A DNA stretch of 64,000 nt, taken from contig NW_026858743.1 of the NCBI RefSeq assembly GCF_026571515.1, positions 1-64,000 of the forward strand, given 5' to 3'. Below, one piece after another: positions 1 through 10,447 of this stretch (position 1 is its first letter; each line of letters opens with the position of its first letter). The position numbers and the translations under genes were made by a program. The notes beneath the pieces were generated by a model. That model searched no databases and was not told where the DNA came from. It worked only from the letters and a program-made list of their open reading frames with translations. Source of the DNA: Ruditapes philippinarum (taxonomy: Eukaryota).

Positions 1-737
1 CAAGGGAAAAGTAATGGTGAATGCTCATATGGATGTCTTGATAACTTTGTAGGAAGGCAATGCAATCAATGCATACTTGGCAAGTATGGGTAATGCATGC
101 AACAGTAACTGTCCTGTCAATTGTGACAGGAACGGTTGCTTTAAAGAGTCCGGAAGTTGTATTAATTGCAATCAAAACTTTGCTGGAGAGACATGTGAAA
201 ACTGTGCTGTTGGTTTTCATGGTTCATTTTGCTCTGAGAGATGCCCAACTTATTGTTTGGACGATGTATGTGATAGAGATACAGGGACGTGCTCTGGTGG
301 CTGTTTCAACAATTATTCAGGTGACAGATGTTGTATAAGTAATAACAACTGTATCACATGTTTGTCAGATACAAGGTGTAAACAATGTAAGTCTGGATAC
401 TTCAATGACCAATGTGACAAACTATGTCCACAGAATTGTCTAAAGTCCTGTCATATCGAATCAGGTATATGTGACGGTTGCAACGGTAACTTTTATGGTG
501 ATAGTTGCAATTTTTCATGTGCCTCTACATGCAACATTCAAACAACAGGCGGAAGTTTATGTCAGCAAAGTAATGGAAAGTGCCTATATGGATGCGTAGA
601 TGGTTTCCATGGTTTACAATGTTCTGAGAAATGTTCTGTTTATTGCAACGATACAATTTGTAAGCAAGACAACGGCAAATGTACAAAAGGATGCAAAATG
701 AAAGTAAAAAATGACCCCATTTGCCCTCTGACATCAG
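1..737 (+). CDS. Receptor copy A: 3' part of the large EGF-like ectodomain exon (5' end outside window); apparent +1 frameshift at GGG 88-90
   Basis: Frame 1 reads QGKSNGECSYGCLDNFVGRQCNQCILGKYG then TAA (91-93); frame 2 continues GNACNSNCP...ICPLTS, colinear with copy B. Exon ends ACATCAG|GCAAGA, homologous to ACACCAG|GTAAGA in copy B. Confidence 0.85.
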
Positions 738-1136
738 GCAAGATTTATTCAAAACAGCTCGTTTTTTTTCACCATTCGTGATATATATGCTTTTCATTTT
801 TAGCTATGCTATCTGGTAATGTCATATTATGTCTCCTCTGTATATTTGGAATGATGATGATGTTGCTGTTTCCGCTGCAAATGATGATAAAAATAATGTT
901 AACGATTATGATTTTAATGATAAAAATAATTTAAGTGCCTGCGACAACAATTATACCCGTGTTTATGTATAGAATAAAAATACAATATGTAAAAGCCAAT
1001 TAAAAGCAAGACATTTGATTAAATTTTATGTATTGATGAATTTATAGTGATATACTTATGTACTTACTTTTTTAATATGTCTTAAAGTATGTAGCACTCT
1101 TCAATTTTTAAGGTATGATAATCGTGTTATTTTTAG

Positions 1137-1260
1137 ACTCAAGTTCCTCAGAGCAGTCAGCAACTACAACTGCTGTATCACTTGGAACATTTCTTGCTGT
1201 GGCAGTAGTTGTTAACATCATATTTGTGGTTACGTTGATTCTCCGGAAATATCGTAAAAG
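1137..1260 (+). CDS. Receptor copy A: transmembrane exon
   Basis: ttttag|...AG|gtaaag, 124 nt, phase 1-2; DSSSSEQSATTTAVSLGTFLAVAVVVNIIFVVTLILRKYRKR (hydrophobic helix plus basic stop-transfer); same length in copy B. Confidence 0.9.
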
Positions 1261-1374
1261 GTAAAGATTGTTAATATATTCAACTGAATTAAAGTCCAAG
1301 ATAGAACTTATACTGTAAAAATACTATACAATATATGAATTATGTCAAAATTCTAAAATCTTTTTGCCTTCTGA

Positions 1375-2060
1375 GTTCAACTTTTAAAAAAAATGAAGAA
1401 AGAATCGAAACTATTGTCATGACCCTCTCGTTAATTTCGCCGTCGGAAACCGTTAAACCTAGTAACTAGTTCGAACTTGGTATACATTTTTTTTTGTCAT
1501 GAACATGATGAATGAACACAATTTTAAAGGTCATTTCTATTGTTTTTGCAAAGTTATGTCTCTTTTTCAACTTTTTAGCCCTGATTTTATCCCTGATTAA
1601 CCTTTTTTGCGAAGGTCTATTTTCGCAGACACTATAAAACTTCAGTCTTGTTTAATGTGTACAGGGCAGATAATCCCAGAATTGATATTTCGAAAGTTAT
1701 GTACTTTTTACTGTTTTTTTCTAAGGTCACTTTCTGAAAAACTGTCAAACTTGTTGCATTTTTAAATTGGAATTCATTTCTAAAGTACATGTAATTCTAT
1801 TGTTTTTTCTTAGTAATACCCCCTCCCCCACTTTTTATCTCTGAATTTCTTGATTAACTTTTTGCTAAGTTACATTTCTCTTAAGCAATCAAAGATTTAA
1901 CTTAAACAATTTTAACTTAAGAGTACTATCAAATTTAAAATACATTTGTAGGAGTGAGATAATCCCGAAAGCCTGTTTATGGTTCTTTCAAAATACGATG
2001 TTAAAAAGCAACACATCATTATATTTTTATTAGCTTTTTACTTCCGCGTATTTAGAATCA
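1375..2060 (+). mobile_element. Degenerate HINE/DINE-like (non-autonomous Helentron) remnant in intron
   Basis: Short inverted repeat head, CGTCGG microsatellite remnant and decayed internal repeats (AAAGTTATGT recurs); shorter remnant at ~37410-37570 in copy B. Confidence 0.4.
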
Positions 2061-2194
2061 CTTGTATCCATTATATTTTCTTGTCAACATAAATATTTTA
2101 CAACAGTTTTTGAGTACTGAATACATGTTGTATTTATAAATGACAAGTCAAATGATCTAAAACAAATAAGTCCAATATTTCATTTTTATTACAG

Positions 2195-2241
2195 GGTCAA
2201 TGATACTTACAAGGCAAAAGGACCTGTTTATGAAAACTCAG
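2195..2241 (+). CDS. Receptor copy A: cytoplasmic micro-exon 1 (VNDTYKAKGPVYENS)
   Basis: ttacag|...G|gtaaat, 47 nt, phase 2-1, in frame, conserved at 37692-37738. Confidence 0.85.
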
Positions 2242-2379
2242 GTAAATATATACTAGTTCTTATTTTTTACTGCTAGATGATGTTTTTTCATTAAGAATTT
2301 TATGTTCTTCATATCAATTTTTATCATATTTATTTAAGCTCGATTGCGAAACAAGTTCTTGCACTAATGTCAATTATTT

Positions 2380-2515
2380 TAGAGTCCGCTTCCTAGAACC
2401 AACCAGTAATTATTATGTTGTCATATAAAACACGGGTTGTAACCTGAGTAGGGCTCGAACACATGATCCCTGGATTAAGAGGCCTACACCTTAACCACTA
2501 GACCTAAGCTCCACT
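2380..2515 (-). mobile_element. tRNA-derived SINE remnant
   Basis: gggctcgaac (B-box, reverse) and accttaaccactaga (A-box, reverse); orthologous copy at ~37870-37995; related + strand copy at ~33250-33370. Confidence 0.65.
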
Positions 2516-2599
2516 TATATCTCCATTTGCACGGTCAGTTCTTAATTAAATGATTTCCAATCTGAATCATAATATGTTCCTACCACTGAGTTTCAAGCG

Positions 2600-2760
2600 T
2601 AATAATTTAGATAAAATAGTATCATTATATTATTCAAATATCTTCAGTCGTAATTATTTTCAAGCTTAATTATTTAGATAAATAGTAGCATAATTATTCA
2701 ATTATTTTCAGTCGTTATAATTTAGATAAAATAGTAACACAATTGTTTAAATATTTTCAG
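2600..2760 (+). repeat. Three imperfect ~55-65 bp tandem copies of the splice-acceptor region
   Basis: atttagataaa(a)tagta...tt(t)cag occurs three times; single copy in paralog B. Confidence 0.7.
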
Positions 2761-2826
2761 GCATTGAAATGGAATGTGGGAATTCAGCAAATCCCGGCAG
2801 TGCAGGCAAGCATGGAATTGAACAAG
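2761..2826 (+). CDS. Receptor copy A: cytoplasmic micro-exon 2 (GIEMECGNSANPGSAGKHGIEQ)
   Basis: ttttcag|...AG|gtattt, 66 nt, phase 1-1, conserved at 38134-38199. Confidence 0.85.
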
Positions 2827-3273
2827 GTATTTCTTGTTGCTGTTTTCTAAATTTTTAATTTGCTTCTTCAGATCTTTCTGTGCATTTTATTTAAAATAAT
2901 CGTATATGTAATTACTAACAATTTCTTTCGTATCTATAATATCATGACATACCTAAATATTTTAAGGGTTTACGTTGATAATATTTAATTTTTGGCATTT
3001 AGAATATTTCAAATAAGATGTACATTCATGCTTTTTTGCATAACTGATTGTTCTGAAGTTAAAATGTTGTGCAAGCCCTTTAATCGCACGCAAGATAAAT
3101 TTACGGGTATTGTAAGTTGTTTTTGTTGTTGGTCTTGTTGTTTTTGTTACCATAATCAGCAGCATAACTTGTATATTTCAATCGCATTTTATAATCCTTT
3201 ATGTAGTCAATAACTAAAAAGTTGCATTGATATATTACAAGAATATCAGTATATAGAGAGGTTTATTTTTCAG

Positions 3274-3333
3274 CAACAAAGAGCGATCCTGTGTTAAAGT
3301 CACCTGACTATGAGGATCTTGGAAGAGTTCAAG
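3274..3333 (+). CDS. Receptor copy A: cytoplasmic micro-exon 3 (ATKSDPVLKSPDYEDLGRVQ), first half of ITAM
   Basis: tttttcag|...AG|gtaatt, 60 nt, phase 1-1, conserved at 38693-38752. Confidence 0.88.
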
Positions 3334-3485
3334 GTAATTGTGAATTAATTGTTCAGATCATAGTATTGTAAACACCTAAATAACTTAGTATCAATATATA
3401 AAATGTTTATATTATATAAACTTTTCGTCTACATTTTATTTGGTTTCATAATTCTGATATTTTTCTTTTCTTTTCGTGTTACAAG

Positions 3486-3535
3486 TATCTGAGCATGAAT
3501 ATGGAGAAATTCGTCAAGACACTCGATATCATTGA
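3486..3535 (+). CDS. Receptor copy A: last coding exon (VSEHEYGEIRQDTRYH*), second half of ITAM
   Basis: Polypyrimidine tract then acaag| acceptor; in frame to TGA 3533-3535; conserved at 38903-38943. Confidence 0.82.
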
Positions 3536-3839
3536 TGGACGTATAACAGTAAGCACACGCGGAAATAAATGATCATCAACAACAATGAACTGTTTTAAAA
3601 GAGTCAGACAGAGAACAGAGTAACAATTTAAATGATTAACAATAGACGACATTATATCAAACACAAAGTCATTCTTTATTGTATAGTGCTGAATATCTGT
3701 CTAATATTTTATGTGTTAAACACTATTGTAAATACTTTCTTAAAAAGCATTTAGAACATTTGACTGCATGTTGATATTTTGATGTCCGCACATTTGAAGG
3801 CAGAACAGTTCCATAAAACGGATGTCCATATTTACATAA

Positions 3840-4650
3840 AGAAAACTTGAAATTGAGATATACCTTTTTTAGTGAAACACCTACCAAATATTTTAAATAT
3901 ATGATCAAATTCAGAACTAGAAATCATAAACTACCGGTCGAAACTGGAAATTGGCATAGAAATCCAAATATAATAAATTTTGATGAATAAATGAACACGA
4001 CCCCTCTAATTATGTGATATACAAAAAACTTTGCATGTTCATAAAAATAACCTGAGAACAATATTGAACTAAATTATTATGTTAAACTTTGATAAATATT
4101 TTTGAATTCATTCGTTTTATTTTGTATGAATATTAAACTTTCTTCAGTCTATGTTAAAAGAATATTGTAAGATGTGTGAGTTACATTCTGGTAACCTCGT
4201 AAACATTGTAATATTGTAATGAAGAGTACCAACAGCAACATGCAAATTGAATAATGTAAATTTATATATGGAACCTTTAAAATATGTCAAGGTATAGAAA
4301 GTATGATGTCTTAATAAGATTATCTACCGTTTTGAATTAAAGTTATATTCAAATTGACCTTGTTATATTTTATTAATTTCGTGTAACATTTGAGCTATTT
4401 TTGTAGTGATTTGGTAGTCAAATTATATACAAAATTCGCTATGAGTTCAACTTCCTTGTTTTCTGTCTTCCTTTTTGACTCTCATGAGTATTTGGCAATA
4501 TTTATAATAATTTCTGTTACTATAATTGTCTGTAAAATTGTGTAATGTTGAAACTTGTATTGTATCATACTTCTGTATGTGTCTTTGTGGTAAGAAACAA
4601 CATCATTACGTTACCAAATAAAATATTTGAATGTTGAATCTTGAATCTTA
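3840..4650 (+). mobile_element. LINE 3' remnant downstream of copy A stop
   Basis: Translates KFRTRNHKLPVETGNWHR (LINE C-terminal H.LP.ETG.W motif); ends AATAAA plus TTGAATC repeats. Confidence 0.55.
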
Positions 4651-4689
4651 AGTTTAGACAAGGGCGCGCATTTTAGTAAAACCACCAAG

Positions 4690-4782
4690 GTTTCGTAAGC
4701 TAGCCGGTTAGCTTCCTTAACATGAAAAAATTCCAAAGTCTCCGGTGGGATTCGAACTTACAGCGGTGAGAGTGCAAGTGAT
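4690..4782 (-). mobile_element. tRNA-derived SINE fragment (paralog ~40260-40350)
   Basis: ggtgggattcgaactt = reverse B-box GTTCGAATCC. Confidence 0.5.
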
Positions 4783-5289
4783 ATATTTATGAAATAAAGA
4801 AAAACTCTGCTTAAATTTCATGACCTCTCTATCCTAACAAAGTGTATTAAAAACAAGTTTTTCATAATTACGTCAAGTGTCGTAAAAGAGTAACTGTCGA
4901 GTGTTACCAAGTATTTAGCATAAGTGGTCATTTAATATTAAAAAGCCATCGCATTTATCTTTTCCATTGAGTCATATTTTTAAGTAGTTTACATAGAAAC
5001 AAACTATGTATCGATGTTTTTTAATCAGATAACAAAGGACAAAATCTATGCTAATTTATTTATTTACTTATTTATTTTTTTTATTTTTTTATTTATTTAT
5101 GTATTTACAATTAAGTTAGAAATTTGTATATAACAAAGTTAAAATGGCAACTAAGTCAAAAAAACTTACAAAAACATTATCACATACATAAGGAGTGTGT
5201 TGACAAAAAAATAATTGTTTAAATATACAATGAAAATACCGAAATACAAAGAAATAATATATAAAAGAAATACAATCACTCAAGGTATT

Positions 5290-6250
5290 AAATTTTTGTG
5301 CATCAAAATGTCTTTGCATCCCATAAAAACATATGCATGGTAATTGGTTCTTCAAAAAAGGTGAAGAAATGTAATCCTCTCCTACTGAAAGTAAATGATA
5401 CAACTCTTGAAAATGTTACAGTTCAAAAGTGAGTTGGGCATTTATGTAGATAATACATTATACTGGCATTATCAAATTGACTCTGTTTGCAAAGAACTAA
5501 ATACAAAAATAATTGCCCTCTTCAAACATATCATTTTTGAGCGCTTACTGACGAAATAAAAAAGATATATTACAACGCGTACATCCTTCGTGTGCTTGAT
5601 TATTGTTGTATGGTATAGGGAAAGGACACATACTCATACATCTATAAAGTAAAACTCAATTCAAAAAAATAGCTGCAAAAAATATACTTAATAGACCGAT
5701 ACGTTCACCAACGTTAGATCTTTTTAATAAACTTAAATGGCTGAAATTCAATTTCAGAGTGAAATACCCATACAGCAATTATGGTGTATAAATCTTTAAG
5801 AAAGATCTGGCACCGTTATATATGAGTGAAGTTTTTAGTTTCTCTCACAATGAATAACATAATTTACGCTCAATCGTTCATAAAGATATTGTTCTGCAAA
5901 GAAGACCTCATACAAATTATTTAAAGAATTTATTTTCTTATATTCCAGTATTGACGTTTGGAATAAATTACCTTTTACTATCAAACAATGTTCAACTTTA
6001 CAATCTTCAAAAAAAACTTTAAAATTTATTTATGATAAAATTGACCATTTATACTTAAATTGCTGTAAATGTTGATATCATCATTTTTCACCTTTGTTTA
6101 ATCATTACGAGTTTATTCTATAATTACTATAATTAATATGAGTGTCAGTCGGATTAATGAATAAAAATATCTAACCTTTACATTCAATATATATACATGA
6201 TATTTTATTATTATTATTAATATTATTAATATTTATTATTATTATTATTA
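5290..6250 (+). mobile_element. CR1/L2-type LINE 3' remnant
   Basis: LGIYVDNTL.WHYQID...YYNAYIL.VLDYCC.V RT C-terminal motifs with stops/frameshifts; (ATT)n tail; paralog at 41010-42110. Confidence 0.75.
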
Positions 6251-7139
6251 CTTTAAGTATTTTCATTAAGGCAAGGGAAATGGGCCCTTGTAAGGAAAAT
6301 GAAGTCACGCGTACTACTGCGCACAAAACAAAAAGAAATTACAGCTTATAGTTATTATTGCTGTGAAAATTTATCATTTTAGCGCAGTTATTGTAATTGA
6401 ATCAAGAAATATGCTTTAAAGAATAAGAAAAACAATACAGTTTTATGACCTTACGGAAACATGAAATAATACGTAGGGTACAAAAAAAATCGGCAAAGTT
6501 TTCAGTGATAAGTGATCTACTCTGAGTGATATGGGTTTTATCTCCAGATTTCAAAACCCATACTTTCCACTTATTAGCATAAACTATTACAACGACTTGA
6601 CACACTACATTTGAAATTACAACGCAAAATATTTTGACAAAATATAATATCACCTAATGTCTACATCGTGACTAATGCAGTAGGGGCTATTTTTGCCTAT
6701 TTTGGTTATGTATGTGAATTGTATGCAATATGTAAATTATCTTCCTTTAAAACACTGGTCAAAATATTTTAGTTTATAATACATTTTCTTTATTGTTATG
6801 AAAGATAAGTAGATAATAATTGATCTTGAGGCATGCTTGCTTCATCATGTTGAATGATTTAATTTCAAGGAATTTGTTTTCCCTCTTAATTTTATATAAA
6901 GCATGACAGGATTTCAACAACTTCAAGCCGTCTTACGCACTCAACCACTACCCACTTTGACAATTGTCACTCAATTTATACATTGTATACACTCCGGTCT
7001 CTCTCAAATATCGATGTACACAATGCTCAGTTATACTCCTGTTTGGAGTGTCCGTGGTATACATGTGTGTGATATTTTCCTTAATCTAAATTAAAGTGTA
7101 AATCTTCTACTGCAGCTGAAGTAAAACTGGAATAATTAG

Positions 7140-7502
7140 GAGCAGTAGTAGTAGAAGTAGAAGTAGCAGTGGCAGCAGAAATAGCAGTAGCAGAAGTAGT
7201 AGTAGTAGAAGAAGTAGCAGTAATNNNNNNNNNNNNNNNNNNNNNNNNNNNNNNNNNNNNNNNNNNNNNNNNNNNNNNNNNNNNNNNNNNNNNNNNNNNN
7301 NNNNNNNNNNNNNNNNNNNNNNNNNNNNNNNNNNNNNNNNNNNNNNNNNNNNNNNNNNNNNNNNNNNNNNNNNNNNNNNNNNNNNNNNNNNNNNNNNNNN
7401 NNNNNNNNNNNNNNNNNNNNNNNNNNNNNNNNNNNNNNGTAGTATTAGTTGTAGCAGTCACAGAAGCAGTAGCAGAAGAAGTAGAAGCAGCAGCAGTTGC
7501 AG
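7140..7502. repeat. (GTA/GCA/GAA)n microsatellite broken by assembly gaps (N at 7225-7438 and 7503-7690)
   Basis: Seen directly; ungapped paralog at 45060-45190. Confidence 0.9.
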
Positions 7503-8603
7503 NNNNNNNNNNNNNNNNNNNNNNNNNNNNNNNNNNNNNNNNNNNNNNNNNNNNNNNNNNNNNNNNNNNNNNNNNNNNNNNNNNNNNNNNNNNNNNNNNN
7601 NNNNNNNNNNNNNNNNNNNNNNNNNNNNNNNNNNNNNNNNNNNNNNNNNNNNNNNNNNNNNNNNNNNNNNNNNNNNNNNNNNNNNNNNNNTAACACGTAG
7701 GAAAATTCTCAGATGACAGAATGAGTAAAACATATATTCTGTAATATTTGACAGTAATGAAATAGCTGTAAATTCACACAACATGCTCGACTGTCATAAG
7801 AAAACCATAACATAATTTTCTCATCAAACATGTTCTTATGACATACTTATTATAAAAATAATATTTCGGGAAATTAACGTTATTTTGAAATATCTTGCAG
7901 TGTTGTCAGTGTAAAGACTTAATTTCTTTTCATATCATTGTTTTTAAATTAAGTTATTTATAATATTATTTTACATAATATTATGTAAAAATAATATTAT
8001 GTGTTACGTTAGTATATCGTCTGCTAAATTTTACTTTACGCACGATAAGTCGTGTGGTATTTTTCACGTAACGGTTCATCGAGTAAATATTGCTAGGTGT
8101 ATAGCGCGAGGTGTGAATATGCGTTTAAACCGGTTATAAGTTGGTGGTGTATAGAATAAATGTATTGATTATAAAAATAAAAATTCAATCAAAATATAAG
8201 TAAAGTAATTGTCAATTTAGGTGGACGCTCCTGTGAATAGGATATTAGTTGAATTAAAATAGAAACATTTTAAGGGTTTACTATAAAAGTTAAAAAACAA
8301 AATTAAATTTAATTTTATAGGATTAATTATAAAATAAAATATATAGTTATACTAAGTTGAAAACTTTATTCCAAGACCACTTGTAAAAAATATTGTGTTA
8401 AAAAAAAAAAGCTCTAAGTAAGAGTATCATAAAGGTCTGTTTGTTGTTAAAGTTTAACTATTTAAATTGTATGAACAATAATATAACAAATTTTTATTTA
8501 ATGTGATTTAACTTTAAATAACGTCTTTCTATGGTTAAAAGTTGAAGTAACAACTAAGATATAAAATTCATTTTGTTTTACTTATAAGTGTTATCATTTA
8601 AGT

Positions 8604-10393
8604 ATGGCTGAGGGAAATTTTACCGATATATATATAATTCAGAAAGTAGATATGGTCAGTACCCGTGTAATAGATACTACGGGGTTCGATGCTCAGAATA
8701 CGTCACGCACGAGAACTTTAACTTTAAACACACCTACATGTACTCCTGATGTAAGGTCTTTCATGAAACGGAAGGACACAAGTTAACACGCATTCTTCGT
8801 CCTAGGTATAGGGAAATTTTTCCATAATACTTCTTATGGGTCTGATTCATTTCTTGGTTCCCCTACTTTTAGACAAGAGTTTTAGTACTCCGAAAGTAAG
8901 ATTTAGTTCACACTCCCCTACTGTTCGGGGTGATTATTACGTATTTGGTGATAGTCATAGCTTACCCTTTGTATATACAGGAAGTGCTCGAGATGAAACT
9001 TAGATACGTCTATCCGTGGGTTAAAGGGACTGATTTTGAATAAAAAAGCCAGTGCTTTCCCCTTTAAAAAAACTGATTATACTGTTTCCTAATGTGACAG
9101 TTAGACATTATAGCTATATGAAGAGTTCACCCTTCTTTAGTGACCAAAGCGTAACATTAGTTAGCGTTACGTCACCGGTTATGGTTAATACATGCCAGAC
9201 ACCAGTGCCTCATACTTTATTCGAATCTTTATTCGCAAAGTGTTAGGTTTTCCGAGTAATTTTTATCTCGAGGAAACGCATTTATGCCTAGAACTTATAG
9301 TGCTCCGATGAACACTATGTTACTCGGTATTAACAAATACTCGGCCATTCTTCGTTTATGGAATATAAAGTCCCGATCATTTCGATGGTACTACTAGTGA
9401 ATGGTCCGATTATATTCATTTTGAGCAAGTAGCCAACTGGAATAGTTGGGATGATCAAACAAAAAAGCATGCATGTTAACAATTAATTTGCGGGGGGAGC
9501 ACAGCGATTACTGTCTACATTACACCCTTCTCAACTTGCAAGTTATTCGGAAATTAAACGTGTGCTAATGCAAAGATTTAGTCCACATGAACGTGAAGTT
9601 GCCTTTCGCTGTTGAATTCCGTAATCGGAAAAGAAAGCAAGGGGTATATCCGTTTTGGACTATGGTTATGCACTACGCAGATTAGCTCAAAAAGCATTTC
9701 CTTTAATGCACAGTGATGCTTTAGAAACACGTATTAATCGACCAATATATTCATGGATTAGGTACTTTTGAATTAAGAAAAGCACGTACAATTTACGCAA
9801 TCCTATTACTTTGGATCACGCAATTAGTGTTGCCGTAGAATTTATGTCATTAAACAGGGTTCGGTAGAATAAAATGAACAAAACCATTAGATGATGAAAA
9901 GGGAGTTAACTCGTCCATTGAATGCTATTCGTCAACATCAGTTGCGTCCCTTAGACCTACAAATTTTTAAAGACTGATTGTAGTTTAGACGAATTTAAGC
10001 AAAATGATGTCCTTCTCTATTTGATCAAAAAAGTTTGAGCAAAAATTTCAAGAAATGACTGATTCTTACAACAAAAAAAACATATGGAACTCAGTTTAGG
10101 CCAAATAATTCCTCAAGATTTTATCAAAAACACTGGTAATTGATAGGCCTTCAATGAGACGCAGTAAATAGCCCTACGCGTACCCCCACAACCAAGGTGT
10201 AAATTAATAAATATGGTTCTACTACAAACACCAATTATAACTCCCAGTCTAGAAATCATCAACATATGACACAGGGAAATTCTTTTTATGAGAAACCTAA
10301 CTTTAAAGACATACAGTGTACTTACTGTCATAAAAAGGTCACATTGAGAGCCGTTGTTTTGCTAAAAGAAATGCTTTGAATCAGGGAAACTAG
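8604..10393 (+). pseudogene. gag: Gypsy gag (frameshifted)
   Basis: ATG in strong context at 8604, capsid-like motifs, CTYCHKK(G)HIESRC knuckle needing a 1-nt correction, ends QGN-TAG. Confidence 0.75.
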
Positions 10394-10447
10394 GTCAGAC
10401 TGAGGTTGAGGCCAAAACGTCAGTCAGTTCTCAATTGGTTAGGCCTC
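10384..10447 (+). promoter_or_regulatory. -1 programmed ribosomal frameshift signal (G GGA AAC plus H-type pseudoknot)
   Basis: Slippery heptamer 10384-10390 just before the gag TAG; 7-nt spacer; stem 1 GACTGA 10398-10403 / TCAGTC 10420-10425; stem 2 GAGGCC 10408-10413 / GGCCTC 10442-10447. Confidence 0.75.

Noticed and set aside
60-797. Alternate-frame and antisense ORFs over the EGF exon (also 33996-34451, 35253-35600)
   Set aside because: Shadows of Cys-codon-rich coding sequence.
7081-7784. Low-complexity ORFs here and at 45044-45461
   Set aside because: Translations of a microsatellite and N gaps.
7740-8243. 5' LTR starting TGTAATA (7740) with a tRNA-Ser-like PBS at 8222
   Set aside because: No visible similarity to the 3' LTR, no matching TSD, and the PBS needs several indels; unresolved.
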